From the IMG/VR virus record IMGVR_UViG_3300031087_000014: 64,000 nucleotides of DNA; one strand, written 5' to 3'. A model generated the notes under the pieces. That model was not told the DNA's origin, did not search any database, and saw nothing but the letters and a program-made list of their open reading frames with translations. The stretch comes from a virus. A program made the position numbers and the translations under genes. This document shows positions 1-9,542 of this stretch, one piece after another (position 1 is the stretch's first letter; each line of letters starts with the position of its first letter).

Positions 1-39
1 AGTTTCAGTTCTTCTCGTCGTCGCTAATAGGAGATAAAG

Positions 40-252
40 GTGAAAGTAGGAAAGAAATATCAGATAATGGGGGCTATCTTTGACGATATAGCTCTACTAG
101 AAAATGCAAATATTTTCGAGTTGGTAGGTATCGAAGATAAAGGGACTAAAAATGAAGCGTACATTTTTAAGGGCGTATCCACTTCAAGGACGCAAGTATG
201 TCATAAGACTACTCAAGAGATCGGTTTGGCAATCATTCAAGAAGTAGGTTGA
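40..252 (+). CDS. hypothetical protein
   Basis: 70-aa ORF, GTG start after AGGAG RBS. Confidence 0.7.
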   Translation: MKVGKKYQIMGAIFDDIALLENANIFELVGIEDKGTKNEAYIFKGVSTSRTQVCHKTTQEIGLAIIQEVG

Positions 253-277
253 CTTTTACTCAGAGGGATCGTAAGAT
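249..277 (+). promoter_or_regulatory. sigma70-type promoter
   Basis: TTGACT-17 bp-TAAGAT; the -10 overlaps an inverted repeat at 262-283. Confidence 0.65.
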
Positions 278-306
278 CTCTCTTGTTAAGAGAAATCGGA
301 GGAAGT

Positions 307-885
307 ATGAAGACTATTCAAGATATAATGATGTTGTGGGCAGGAGTTATGACTGAGTTAAAAGATAACTTCCCCGACTATCACGCGATGATGAAGCGCT
401 TTGGGTATAAAGCGTGTGTCCGTGAAAGGAGAAATAATAGCTTTGGTTGGTGCAATCACAGAGAACGTATTGTGGCTATCAATAGATTCTTACATAAGAA
501 TAGTCAGGACGAAGCGATAATTGATACTATGTGGCACGAGATTGCTCACGCTATCGACTTCTGCCAGCGCGGTGTATCTGATCATAGCGCACCTTGGAAA
601 GCCATTGCAGAGGAACTTGGTGCAGTAGCTAAGTCTGCATCTAAACGTGCCGTAAAAGTCCAGTATAAGTTTGTATGTGCTTATCGTGAAAGTGATCGTA
701 GCGTTAAAATGCTCAGGGGCTATCACAGAAAACCTGCACACTACAAGCCAAACTCCGTTATGGCTGATACCTTTATGAAAGGTAAAAAAGAAGAGTCTAT
801 GGGAAAAGTTTGGTTGTATACTTGGGAAAAGTGGGTTACAATCTGTCAAATACTTGGGCAATCACCTTACAGAGAGGAGAATTAA
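307..885 (+). CDS. SprT-like zinc metalloprotease
   Basis: HEIAH zincin motif followed by DHSAPWK; ATG 307 after GGAGG. Confidence 0.75.
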   Translation: MKTIQDIMMLWAGVMTELKDNFPDYHAMMKRFGYKACVRERRNNSFGWCNHRERIVAINRFLHKNSQDEAIIDTMWHEIAHAIDFCQRGVSDHSAPWKAIAEELGAVAKSASKRAVKVQYKFVCAYRESDRSVKMLRGYHRKPAHYKPNSVMADTFMKGKKEESMGKVWLYTWEKWVTICQILGQSPYREEN

Positions 886-886
886 T

Positions 887-1435
887 ATGAAAGAAGATAT
901 GTTTAAAGGCGCACCAGCTTGGGCTACTATGGTAGAGGAATCCCGTAAGTTTATGGGTATGCCATTACGTGTGTGGACTGATGGCAAGAAGTATAAATAT
1001 GTCCCTGGCTACAACGGTTACGATAAATCCGGCAATACTTTTGATTTTGCGTGGGATATGGTTGGCAAGCGAGTTATTGCTGAGCGAAATCTTGAGGGTA
1101 AAGTTAAGACTTCCCGCAAGAAAGGGCCAAAGAAAACAGCCAAGACTGTACCAACTCTGGAGATCAGTTACACGGACGGTAGCAAATACAAAGTGAAAAA
1201 TCCTTTGACAATGATGTTGATTCCAGATTATGTTCTTCTTCTGCTGAAACAGAAGGGTGAAGCCGATGATGATGTTATTGAACAAGTTTCAGTTCGTATT
1301 AAAGCAGACAGCTTGGAGAAAATCCTGGTTAAATCACCAAACTTCGAGTCTTCTCTTTACTTCCAAAGCGGAGATGTGGTAGAGTTTATTAAAGGTACAC
1401 GGCGTAACGTTGTATCTGGTGAGTATAACTTTTAA
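887..1435 (+). CDS. hypothetical protein
   Basis: ATG 887 after GAGGAG; packed in operon. Confidence 0.75.
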   Translation: MKEDMFKGAPAWATMVEESRKFMGMPLRVWTDGKKYKYVPGYNGYDKSGNTFDFAWDMVGKRVIAERNLEGKVKTSRKKGPKKTAKTVPTLEISYTDGSKYKVKNPLTMMLIPDYVLLLLKQKGEADDDVIEQVSVRIKADSLEKILVKSPNFESSLYFQSGDVVEFIKGTRRNVVSGEYNF

Positions 1436-1450
1436 TTAGAGGAGACGAAT

Positions 1451-2563
1451 ATGACTAGCCCATTTCTGAGAGCAACACAATCTTCCCGTTCACGCAGCCC
1501 TATGGCTACACAAGAAAAGGAAGTAAAATCAGCACTGAATAATCCTCTGGTCGGTAGTCCGGTGTTCGCTCCGGCAGTGTCGGCTAAGCAAACAACTCTT
1601 CCGGCTGTTATGACAGAGGAAGATATTCAAGGTACAGGTGCAGCAGCAGGTCAGCAGATCAAGGCTGTAGCTTCACAGGTACTGAAACACCAACGTGCAA
1701 ACAATGGTGATGAACTGTCAAACCGTCTTAATGCTTTGGTCAAAGAAACAAAGCAACTTGATCCTAACAGTATGAAAAACTCGAAAGGGATCAAGAGGAT
1801 CTGGAAACGCATTCTGGGCATCAAGGAAGATATCTTTGAGCAGTTTGATACTATTGATGGTCGAATCAACGTTCTAGTGGGCGAACTGACTGAGGATCTT
1901 AAGCGTGAGAAAGATGGTCAGCATCAGCTTAAGCAACTGCGTGAGCAGGCTGGACATTATGCCCTGGCACTGAACCGTGATATCGAACTTCTCTCTGCAA
2001 ACTTAGAGCGTGAGCAGGCGACATTCGACAGTATCCCAGAAGAAGAAGTAGAGGCACGAGAAGAGAAACGTGGTACGATGGATCTGATTGAAACCCGTAT
2101 CAATGACTTGGCGGCACTTCGCCTGTTGATGGTTCAGTTTGGTCAACGTGTTAAAGGTATGGAAGAAGTTGGTCGTCAGCTTATCCGTGCAAGTAACAAC
2201 GTTCTCACTAACGTTATTCCAGCTTACACCGCAGCATTCTCTGCGTATGTACACAGTATGCGTCAGAAGAAAGCCGCAGAAGCGCTTAACAGCACGATTG
2301 ACGAGTTCAATAATGCTATCGCATTAGGTGGTGAACTGGCGTCTGCAAACCGCGTAGAAGCTGCACGTTTGGCTAATCGTCAGGTGGTAAGCATTGAGAC
2401 CTTAGAACGTGAGCAGGCTACACTTCTTAAGGATCTGGAAGCGATTAACGAAATTAATAACAATGCGCGTCAAGAACGTGTACAATACATCACTCGTGTG
2501 GGTGAACTGGAAGATAGCCTTGTTCAGACAATCCGCACTGGCTTAACCAATAAAGGAGTTTAA
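1451..2563 (+). CDS. TelA/KlaA-like toxic anion resistance protein
   Basis: 370-aa helical/coiled-coil protein with TelA-like layout (LNALVKETKQLDP, VLTNVIPAY, RQVVSIETL); lies near vWA and TerD genes. Confidence 0.7.
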   Translation: MTSPFLRATQSSRSRSPMATQEKEVKSALNNPLVGSPVFAPAVSAKQTTLPAVMTEEDIQGTGAAAGQQIKAVASQVLKHQRANNGDELSNRLNALVKETKQLDPNSMKNSKGIKRIWKRILGIKEDIFEQFDTIDGRINVLVGELTEDLKREKDGQHQLKQLREQAGHYALALNRDIELLSANLEREQATFDSIPEEEVEAREEKRGTMDLIETRINDLAALRLLMVQFGQRVKGMEEVGRQLIRASNNVLTNVIPAYTAAFSAYVHSMRQKKAAEALNSTIDEFNNAIALGGELASANRVEAARLANRQVVSIETLEREQATLLKDLEAINEINNNARQERVQYITRVGELEDSLVQTIRTGLTNKGV

Positions 2564-2564
2564 T

Positions 2565-2828
2565 ATGGAATCCATTAAGATTAGTAAGGTTGAAGGCACA
2601 GATCTGTATGCTCTTCAATACTCAGTAGAGCCTGACCTGATCTACCCAATCGGTGTTATGGTGTTGAAGGCTTTAGACTCACTGCCAGCCGATAATGATG
2701 GTATGCGTGTTAATATTGTTGAAACTCTGCTGGAGTGTCGAGATAAGTTAACAACTCTGCCTAACGATATTTTACCATTGGGAGAACTGATCTTTCACGT
2801 AGAGTACGAGGTACGAGATGCGCAATGA
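2565..2828 (+). CDS. hypothetical protein
   Basis: 87-aa ORF with AGGAG RBS. Confidence 0.7.
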   Translation: MESIKISKVEGTDLYALQYSVEPDLIYPIGVMVLKALDSLPADNDGMRVNIVETLLECRDKLTTLPNDILPLGELIFHVEYEVRDAQ

Positions 2829-3504
2829 TGTTGATCCGGTAATCGAGGGTACGGCTGAAAACTACTCTATCACGCATCCAGCCTACGGGCTGGTGCGGGT
2901 AACTCACCCTTCCGGTGGTCAGGTTAAGATGTTTGGTAGTGATCTGATTCACAATGAGCGCGTATGTCTTACCTTCTGTCTGGCAGAAGAAGATCGTCAC
3001 CTCAACAGTACTTGGTATCACGAGCGTGGACGCATTCTGGAAGTAGAACTGACTCACTCTCAGTGGGCAAGTATGGTTAGCTCAAGTATGGGCAGTCCTA
3101 CTCCTGTAACCTTTAAGTACTTCCGTGATGGGGATCTTAAGGTATTGCCTGGGATTGGCAAGCAAGATACTGCGAAACACAAAGCTAAACGTGAGTATGA
3201 TCGCAAACTAGCAGAAACGCTGGAACGCGGTGAGAAAGTGTTGGAGCAGATCGAACAACTGATCCTGAAAGGTAAAGCTGGCAAAAAAGATCTTGACGAA
3301 CTGAGAGGACTTATGCAACAATCTCTTGGTCGATTCAAGTCAGACACTACTTTCGCAGTTGGATGCTTCGAGGAAAGTATGGAAAGTCTTGTAACTAACG
3401 CTAAAATTGAGGTAGAATCTACTCTCAGTGCAATGGCAAAACGAATTGGTGCTGAGCACTTAGGTTTGAAGTTAGATACACAGTTACTTGAAAATAACGG
3501 TTGA
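2818..3504 (+). CDS. hypothetical protein
   Basis: 228-aa ORF overlapping the upstream stop. Confidence 0.75.
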   Translation: MRNDVDPVIEGTAENYSITHPAYGLVRVTHPSGGQVKMFGSDLIHNERVCLTFCLAEEDRHLNSTWYHERGRILEVELTHSQWASMVSSSMGSPTPVTFKYFRDGDLKVLPGIGKQDTAKHKAKREYDRKLAETLERGEKVLEQIEQLILKGKAGKKDLDELRGLMQQSLGRFKSDTTFAVGCFEESMESLVTNAKIEVESTLSAMAKRIGAEHLGLKLDTQLLENNG

Positions 3505-3529
3505 CACAGAGAACGGGGTGAGTTAAGCT
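3501..3529 (+). promoter_or_regulatory. sigma70-type promoter
   Basis: TTGACA-17 bp-TAAGCT; the -10 lies inside inverted repeat GGGGTGAG/CTTACCCC. Confidence 0.7.
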
Positions 3530-3562
3530 TACCCCACTAACCACAGAGAAGGAGAAATAAGA

Positions 3563-4345
3563 ATGGCAAAAGTATCCCTTAAGAAACGTAGCGAAACCCT
3601 GAAAGTTTCACTTAAGAAAGCAGGATTAGGTGATCGTCTGATGCTGCGCGTAGCAAGTGCTCTGGATATTTCCGGTAGTATGCAAAGTCTGTATCGTAGT
3701 GGTGTAATGAGCGAGTTTGTTGGTAAACTGTTACCGTTCGGTGTGCTCTTTGATGACAACGAAGAGATTGATATGTGGGCATTTGACCACGGTTTCCGTG
3801 AGCTTCCACCAGCAACCGCTGATGTTTACGCTGACTATGTTGGCAACTGTATGGGAGGTATTTCAATCTCCGGTGGCACTGCATATGCACCAGTAATGAA
3901 CGACATTTACGGTTCATATTTCGGCAAAGTCAGTCGTAACGAAGTTAGCCACTCTCAAGAAGTTCGCCCTAAAGGTGGTTTCTTCGGTAAGCTTCTGGGT
4001 AAAACTGAAACTGTCACTGTTAGCACTACTCAGACTATCTATGAAGATCCTGAGAATATGATGCCAGCAATGGTGTTGTTCCAGACTGACGGTGAGAACA
4101 GTGACGATTCAAGTGTTCGCAATCTGCTTTCACGCAATATTAACACTCCGGTGTTCTGGTTTATGGTAGGTGTTGGCAATAGTAACTTCCGTAGCCTGAA
4201 AGGTCTGGCTAAAGACTTCCCGAATGTTGATTTTATTTCGGTAGAAAGTCTTGACTTACCAGACGAACAACTGTATGATGAACTTCTCAAAGGTAAGTTC
4301 AAAGATTGGTGCGATGCACACAACGTACAGTCTGTAGCTAAGTAA
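3563..4345 (+). CDS. vWA-domain protein (TerF-associated type)
   Basis: MIDAS DISGSM, GGTAYAP and FQTDG motifs; adjacent to TerD. Confidence 0.85.
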   Translation: MAKVSLKKRSETLKVSLKKAGLGDRLMLRVASALDISGSMQSLYRSGVMSEFVGKLLPFGVLFDDNEEIDMWAFDHGFRELPPATADVYADYVGNCMGGISISGGTAYAPVMNDIYGSYFGKVSRNEVSHSQEVRPKGGFFGKLLGKTETVTVSTTQTIYEDPENMMPAMVLFQTDGENSDDSSVRNLLSRNINTPVFWFMVGVGNSNFRSLKGLAKDFPNVDFISVESLDLPDEQLYDELLKGKFKDWCDAHNVQSVAK

Positions 4346-4379
4346 TTAAATACACATTAATAAATAAGGAGAACATAGA

Positions 4380-4979
4380 ATGGCTAAGGTATCACTGAAA
4401 AAAGGTAACTCTGAGAAAGTATCACTGCGCAAAGTAGCACCGCTGCTGAAAAAGATTCTGATGCGCTTCAACTGGACTTCTGATGTGAAACTGGATCTGG
4501 ACTGTTCAGCCCTGCTGTGCCGTACTGATGCAAAAGGTTATCCAGAAGTTATTGATGTTCGACACATCGTGTTCTACGCCCCTACGAATGGCTTTGACCC
4601 GAGCCGTTCAGTGTTCTACGGCGGCGATGTTCGTGACGGTACTGGTGACTTCGAGACCATTGATATTAACCTGGAAACTCTGCCAGAAGATGTTACTGAA
4701 ATCCCGTTTGTTCTGACCATTGATGATGACTCAGACACCTTGACCTTCGGCAATGCAACCTCTGGTCTGCTGGAACTGGTGAATATGGAGACCAACGAAA
4801 CTGTACTGGACTTCAACTTCCTGGAGAAAGAACACGCTGGACGTAGTATCATCCACGTAGCCTCTCTGAAACGTTCAGATGCAGGTGGCTGGGATATCGT
4901 AGGTGTTGGCGCAGGTAAGAATGGTAGCATTCTGGATGCATTCACAGCCTTCGGTGCAGATGCTGAATGGTTTGAGTAA
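4380..4979 (+). CDS. TerD/TerZ-family protein
   Basis: VSLKKG N-terminus, DLDCSA, VFY, GDVRDG.G, ETIDINL..LP, TFG motifs. Confidence 0.85.
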   Translation: MAKVSLKKGNSEKVSLRKVAPLLKKILMRFNWTSDVKLDLDCSALLCRTDAKGYPEVIDVRHIVFYAPTNGFDPSRSVFYGGDVRDGTGDFETIDINLETLPEDVTEIPFVLTIDDDSDTLTFGNATSGLLELVNMETNETVLDFNFLEKEHAGRSIIHVASLKRSDAGGWDIVGVGAGKNGSILDAFTAFGADAEWFE

Positions 4980-4985
4980 GATTTA

Positions 4986-5011
4986 AAAAGGGGCTTCGGC
5001 CCCTTTGTTTT
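4986..5011 (+). terminator. rho-independent terminator
   Basis: AAAGGGGC-TTCG-GCCCCTTT plus T tail. Confidence 0.8.
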
Positions 5012-5089
5012 ATGTAGTCGTTAGTGTTAGAATGCACTCTCGAAATATAGGAGGCTAGATTGTTAAACCCCCTGAAAGGAGAGAAAAAG

Positions 5090-5569
5090 ATGCTAGTAGC
5101 GCCTTTACTTGCATTAACTCTTGCTGTAGTATCTCCAGGTGTTGATGCAAAAGCTTCTGTATCACATAAATGTACAAGAAATGACAATAAAGTAGATATG
5201 TTAGCTTGTGCAATGTATGCTGAAAGTAGAAGCCAAGGTAAAAAAGGAATGAATGCAGTCGGTAATGTTGTGATAAACAGAACTGACAATGCTACTTTCC
5301 CAGATAGTGTTGAAGGTGTGTTGTTTCAAAGAGGGCAATTCTCTTATACTCAAGCCGGATCTTTCCGTGCGTATGACAAAGAGAGCTGGGAAGACGCAAG
5401 AACGTTAGCAAAAAAGCTTTTGTATCTTGATGCAAACTTTCCAGAGGTAAGAAAAGCCGCTGACCCTACTAAAGGGGCAACATATTTCAAGAAAAGAACT
5501 GTACGTACCCATTGGCAACGTGATATGGTGATGGTGTACAGATACAAAGAACATCAGTTTTACAAATAG
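5090..5569 (+). CDS. cell wall hydrolase (SleB/Hydrolase_2)
   Basis: signal peptide; LACAMYAESR, AVGNVVINR, QFSY, DPTKGATYF, HQFY. Confidence 0.9.
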   Translation: MLVAPLLALTLAVVSPGVDAKASVSHKCTRNDNKVDMLACAMYAESRSQGKKGMNAVGNVVINRTDNATFPDSVEGVLFQRGQFSYTQAGSFRAYDKESWEDARTLAKKLLYLDANFPEVRKAADPTKGATYFKKRTVRTHWQRDMVMVYRYKEHQFYK

Positions 5570-5579
5570 GAGATAAATA

Positions 5580-5867
5580 ATGGAATTACTTGATACCTCT
5601 GTAGTGGCAAACGTGCTAGTTAATGGGATGACAGAAGAAGAAGTGTTCCAATCTCGCTGTAACTTGGAGCGTATGCTACCAGTGTTCGGGTTAAAACTGG
5701 AAGATGAAGACATTCTGTGGAAGATTGAATACATCGAACGGGATGAATATGTTATGCTATCCCTGTCAGTATGTATGGAGTACTGGAAACTCTACACAGA
5801 AAACAAAGAAGCCCTACATACGGGTATTACCGCTGCTCAGCCAGCTATCTATCGGGAGGTACACTAA
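5580..5867 (+). CDS. hypothetical protein
   Basis: 95-aa ORF with AGGAG RBS. Confidence 0.7.
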   Translation: MELLDTSVVANVLVNGMTEEEVFQSRCNLERMLPVFGLKLEDEDILWKIEYIERDEYVMLSLSVCMEYWKLYTENKEALHTGITAAQPAIYREVH

Positions 5868-6085
5868 TGGGTGACGTAATCAAGGTTGACTTCAACAAGA
5901 AACAAAAGGTTGAAAAGTTTACAGTGAAAAAATATTTGTGTGCAAATTGCCTGAAAGATACGATCCACGACAGCAGAAAGAAGCCTTACGATCCCTTCCT
6001 GAGCTTCGAGAAGAATCAGTCTCAAGGGTTGTGTAAAGAATGTGCAATGAAAGTAGCGGGGGCTGTTGAAAATGAAGGATGGTAA
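5867..6085 (+). CDS. small zinc-binding hypothetical protein
   Basis: CxxC...CxxC; ATG 5867 overlaps the upstream stop, GGAGG RBS. Confidence 0.65.
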   Translation: MGDVIKVDFNKKQKVEKFTVKKYLCANCLKDTIHDSRKKPYDPFLSFEKNQSQGLCKECAMKVAGAVENEGW

Positions 6086-6245
6086 AGTAGTAAGCCGTTG
6101 GGATGACCTGAGTGATATCTCAACTGACAAGCTGATCAAGCTGCGTGACGTGGCTACAGATAATGTTAGAGAGTTAGGCGCTTCTCTTGAAGATGAAAGG
6201 ATGTTATTAATCAATGTCCTAACTGAGCTTAAGTCTCGAACCTAA
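6072..6245 (+). CDS. hypothetical protein (57 aa, not in ORF track)
   Basis: MKDGKVVSRWDDLSDISTDKL...; fills the gap in the operon. Confidence 0.5.
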   Translation: MKDGKVVSRWDDLSDISTDKLIKLRDVATDNVRELGASLEDERMLLINVLTELKSRT

Positions 6246-6338
6246 GATTAATAGGTAAAATCTATTTCACATAAGCACCATTCGGTGTTAGTATTAAGAA
6301 GTGGAGGGTAATCCTCCACATTCTCACAGGAGGAACTT

Positions 6339-6926
6339 ATCAGTATTTATCACATCACTCCCTATCACACAGGGGATATCGGCAAAGCAATTAACGAAAC
6401 GATTAAAAGCCTTCCTGATGACTCTTGGATCTGCCTGCGAGATACAGATACAATGTTTCTGTTACCTCAACAAGGAGCTTGGATTGAAGAGATTGTCGCA
6501 TCTAATCCTGACTATGACCTAATTGGATGTGCAACGAATCGCTTAGGTGGGACGTACCAACTGTTCGACCGCAGAAGAAGTGAAAACCCAGATATTTTAT
6601 TCCATATGGATCGCGCTGCCCAGGCATATCAAGAGCACGGATTAACCCTGGAGGAAGTACCGAAAGATCAAGTGCTAGCAGGTATGTTCTTACTGTTCAG
6701 AAAATCATTATGGGAAGAGTTTCAGATTGAAGAGAAATCTATTCAGTTTGATATCATCCTGTCCGAGAAGTTGAAAAAGGCAGGTAAGCGGTTAGGTATT
6801 GCCAGAGGGATCTATATATTTCACTTATACCGTTTAGGTGCAGAAGATCCTCAACGTGCTATCAGCCACCTTATGCATTGCCAAGACTTCTCTAAAATCT
6901 ATACACCAGGAGAGTTTAATGAGTAA
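6339..6926 (+). CDS. GT-A fold glycosyltransferase, apparent ATC start
   Basis: frame is open upstream of ATG 6453 and includes WICLRDTD (DxD); CAGGAGGAACTT precedes ATC 6339; LAGMFLLF, D, HLYR motifs. Confidence 0.7.
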   Translation: MSIYHITPYHTGDIGKAINETIKSLPDDSWICLRDTDTMFLLPQQGAWIEEIVASNPDYDLIGCATNRLGGTYQLFDRRRSENPDILFHMDRAAQAYQEHGLTLEEVPKDQVLAGMFLLFRKSLWEEFQIEEKSIQFDIILSEKLKKAGKRLGIARGIYIFHLYRLGAEDPQRAISHLMHCQDFSKIYTPGEFNE

Positions 6927-7599
6927 AATTGGTATTGGGGTTATTACTGTTGGCAAAAGGCCAATCCCAGATTATCTCCTTCGAGAGGGAGATGTGTTTG
7001 AAGTGTTCGAAGACACAGAACGAAAAGGTGCATCCTTCGGCAGAAACTATTTGATGAAAAGTTTCTACGATCAGGGTTGTGACTATTGGTTTATCTTTGA
7101 TGATGACGTTAGACCTGTGATGCAGGGCTGGCAAGATTACTTTGTTAACCAAGCTAAAGAGGGATGGGATTTCTTCGGTATGCCGGAGTATTTTAAAGAT
7201 CCTATCGTGGGTGGTAATGGTGGAGAGATTCTTGCTTTTGGTCAATGCTTAGTCCAGTTTGCTTTGTATTCACGTAAGCTAATCGAAACAGCAGGATACT
7301 ACCGTAGATTTACCAATGCTTATGGATTTGAAGACACTGAGTACGCATTCCGTATCCAAGAGCTTCAACGGTCTAATAAGCTGAATCAAGGTATTTTTGG
7401 ATTCCCTTGTCCCGTTCGTATAATGGCTTATATTCATCCTGATGATGTTTTCGGTAACAATCCAAGCCCGTTCGTTAATATGACAAAGGAAGCAAAGGAA
7501 GAAGGTGTATCGCAGAACATTCAGGAATACAATCAATCTCTGGAGGACGTGAGAAATGGAAAAACATATTGGTCTTACGAAGAAGCCCAAGGAATTTGA
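6919..7599 (+). CDS. GT2-like glycosyltransferase
   Basis: GASFGRN, WFIFDDD, AGYY, YGFEDTEYAFR motifs. Confidence 0.85.
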   Translation: MSKIGIGVITVGKRPIPDYLLREGDVFEVFEDTERKGASFGRNYLMKSFYDQGCDYWFIFDDDVRPVMQGWQDYFVNQAKEGWDFFGMPEYFKDPIVGGNGGEILAFGQCLVQFALYSRKLIETAGYYRRFTNAYGFEDTEYAFRIQELQRSNKLNQGIFGFPCPVRIMAYIHPDDVFGNNPSPFVNMTKEAKEEGVSQNIQEYNQSLEDVRNGKTYWSYEEAQGI

Positions 7600-8566
7600 T
7601 CTTCTCCTAGATTTGAAACCAAACAGTAGCTGTGATTATCATCGTGTGACAATGCCTCTATATGATAACGAAGCAGTGTTTAGCCCTCAAGCAAACATCC
7701 TCGTATTCAACCGTATGTTCGGTGGTGGTATTGCTCTGTTGAAACGAATGAAAGCAGATGGTGTTAAGATTATCGTGGATTGGGATGACTTCTTTGAGTT
7801 AGACCCTTCTCATTATCTCTATGAGACATTCAGAGCGCATAACTTTGAAGAACAGGCGATTGCATTCCTTAGCTACGCAGACGTTGTGACGGTCACTACA
7901 GAGCTTCTAGCGGCTAAGTTGAGACCTTATCATCGTAACATTGTTGTTATCAGAAATGCTTTGCCTTTTGATAAGAGTCAGTTTACACTCAGCACCGATA
8001 AATCTTCTGGCACACCTGTTGTATGGGCGGGTGGAGCTTCCCACGCTGACGACCTCCAAGTAGTTACTTGGGCAATGGAAGATTATAGCTTGCTTACTTT
8101 GGCAGGTTATGAAAATATCGATAAGGTTGCTAAGGGAACTCATAAGGAAATGTCTGCTCAGGAGTGGTTGAAGATCAAGAATACCTTTGAAGGTGTTAAT
8201 CTTGTGCCTGCTGTAGCTGACATTAAGAACTATATGCAGGTGTACGATACACATCGCCTGGCGATAGCTCCTCTTATCGATAACGAGTTTAATCGGTGCA
8301 AGTCGAACTTGAAGATCTTAGAAGCTGGTGCAAAAGGGATACCAATTATCTGTTCCAAAGTTTTACCCTATTTTAATCCTATCGATGAACCTTTCGTAGA
8401 TTACGCAAGCAAAACGTGGGAGTGGGAACAGGAATTGAATCGTTACATTAAAAATCCTGCCTACTGTGAAGACAGAGGATTAGCACTAGCCGAACACGTT
8501 CGATTACATTACAACCTGGACGATGCTAATGAGCTAAGACGCCAGGTATATGAGAGTTTAAAATAA
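7556..8566 (+). CDS. GT-B (GT4-like) glycosyltransferase
   Basis: DWDD, ADVVTVTT, WAGGASH, IAPL..NEFNRCKSNLKILEAG. Confidence 0.85.
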   Translation: MEKHIGLTKKPKEFDLLLDLKPNSSCDYHRVTMPLYDNEAVFSPQANILVFNRMFGGGIALLKRMKADGVKIIVDWDDFFELDPSHYLYETFRAHNFEEQAIAFLSYADVVTVTTELLAAKLRPYHRNIVVIRNALPFDKSQFTLSTDKSSGTPVVWAGGASHADDLQVVTWAMEDYSLLTLAGYENIDKVAKGTHKEMSAQEWLKIKNTFEGVNLVPAVADIKNYMQVYDTHRLAIAPLIDNEFNRCKSNLKILEAGAKGIPIICSKVLPYFNPIDEPFVDYASKTWEWEQELNRYIKNPAYCEDRGLALAEHVRLHYNLDDANELRRQVYESLK

Positions 8567-8581
8567 GGGCTTCGGCCCTTC
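8565..8581 (+). terminator. UUCG hairpin (weak terminator or processing stem)
   Basis: AAGGGC-TTCG-GCCCTT between the GT genes. Confidence 0.5.
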
Positions 8582-8594
8582 ACAAGAGGAACCT

Positions 8595-9542
8595 ATGGCA
8601 AAGATTTTAGTAGATGATCGCGGCGGTGCTGACCAAAGTATTTGCGATTATCATCGAATTTACCTTCCTTATCTGACGGGCGATAACTTCACCGCTAAAT
8701 CAGATATTTACATCTTTAACGGCTTACCTACTCACGGCAGAGAAGGAATCAATAAGCTTCGTGAAGCTGGATTCAAGATCGTTATGGATCTAGATGACTC
8801 TATGGAGTTACCTATTGACCACGTTCTGTGGAATGTATTTGAGTCAGGAATTAAGAATGAGCTGATCTGGTGTATGCAAAACAGCGATGCTGTGTTGACA
8901 ACTACTGCTCGACTAGCAGAAGAGTTTTCTCAGTATAATAAAAATGTGTTTGTTGTACCAAATGGCTTGCCTTTTGATGAAAAAGGGTTTACACTCTCTA
9001 CTGATAAAACCTCGAAATCATTCTTCGTATGGGCAGGTAGTGAGACACACAAAAATGACTTAAGAGAACTCCCAGATTTAGGTGACAGGTTAACTGTGTG
9101 TGGATACAAGACAGACGCATCAGAGCCTATTTCTAAGCGGGAGTGGATGGATATCTCACAGAGTATCCTGCCTTACGCGAAGTATGAGCACCATCGTACT
9201 CTTGATTCCTATATGAAGTCCTATGACGGTCACTCAGCAGCATTAGCTCCTCTCGAAGATACAAACTTCAACAGGTCTAAAAGCAACCTCAAAATTCTTG
9301 AGGCTGGCGCTAAGGGTTTGCCTATCATCTGCTCTTCCGTGGATTGCTACGAGGATGAATCACTTTCCGATTATCTGTTATATGCAAAAGATATTATTCA
9401 GTGGGAAGATATGACTTCTAAGTTATACACCTCACCAGACTTTGCAGCAGAAATTGGCGCAGGCTTAGCGGAACACGTTCGCAAGCATTACAACATAACC
9501 AAGATGAATGATATTCGTCGTGAGATTTTTAAGGGGCTTTAA
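8595..9542 (+). CDS. GT-B (GT4-like) glycosyltransferase, paralog of the upstream gene
   Basis: shares CDYHR, LPFD..FTLSTDK, WAG..H, KSNLKILEAGAKG, LAEHVR.HYN. Confidence 0.85.
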   Translation: MAKILVDDRGGADQSICDYHRIYLPYLTGDNFTAKSDIYIFNGLPTHGREGINKLREAGFKIVMDLDDSMELPIDHVLWNVFESGIKNELIWCMQNSDAVLTTTARLAEEFSQYNKNVFVVPNGLPFDEKGFTLSTDKTSKSFFVWAGSETHKNDLRELPDLGDRLTVCGYKTDASEPISKREWMDISQSILPYAKYEHHRTLDSYMKSYDGHSAALAPLEDTNFNRSKSNLKILEAGAKGLPIICSSVDCYEDESLSDYLLYAKDIIQWEDMTSKLYTSPDFAAEIGAGLAEHVRKHYNITKMNDIRREIFKGL

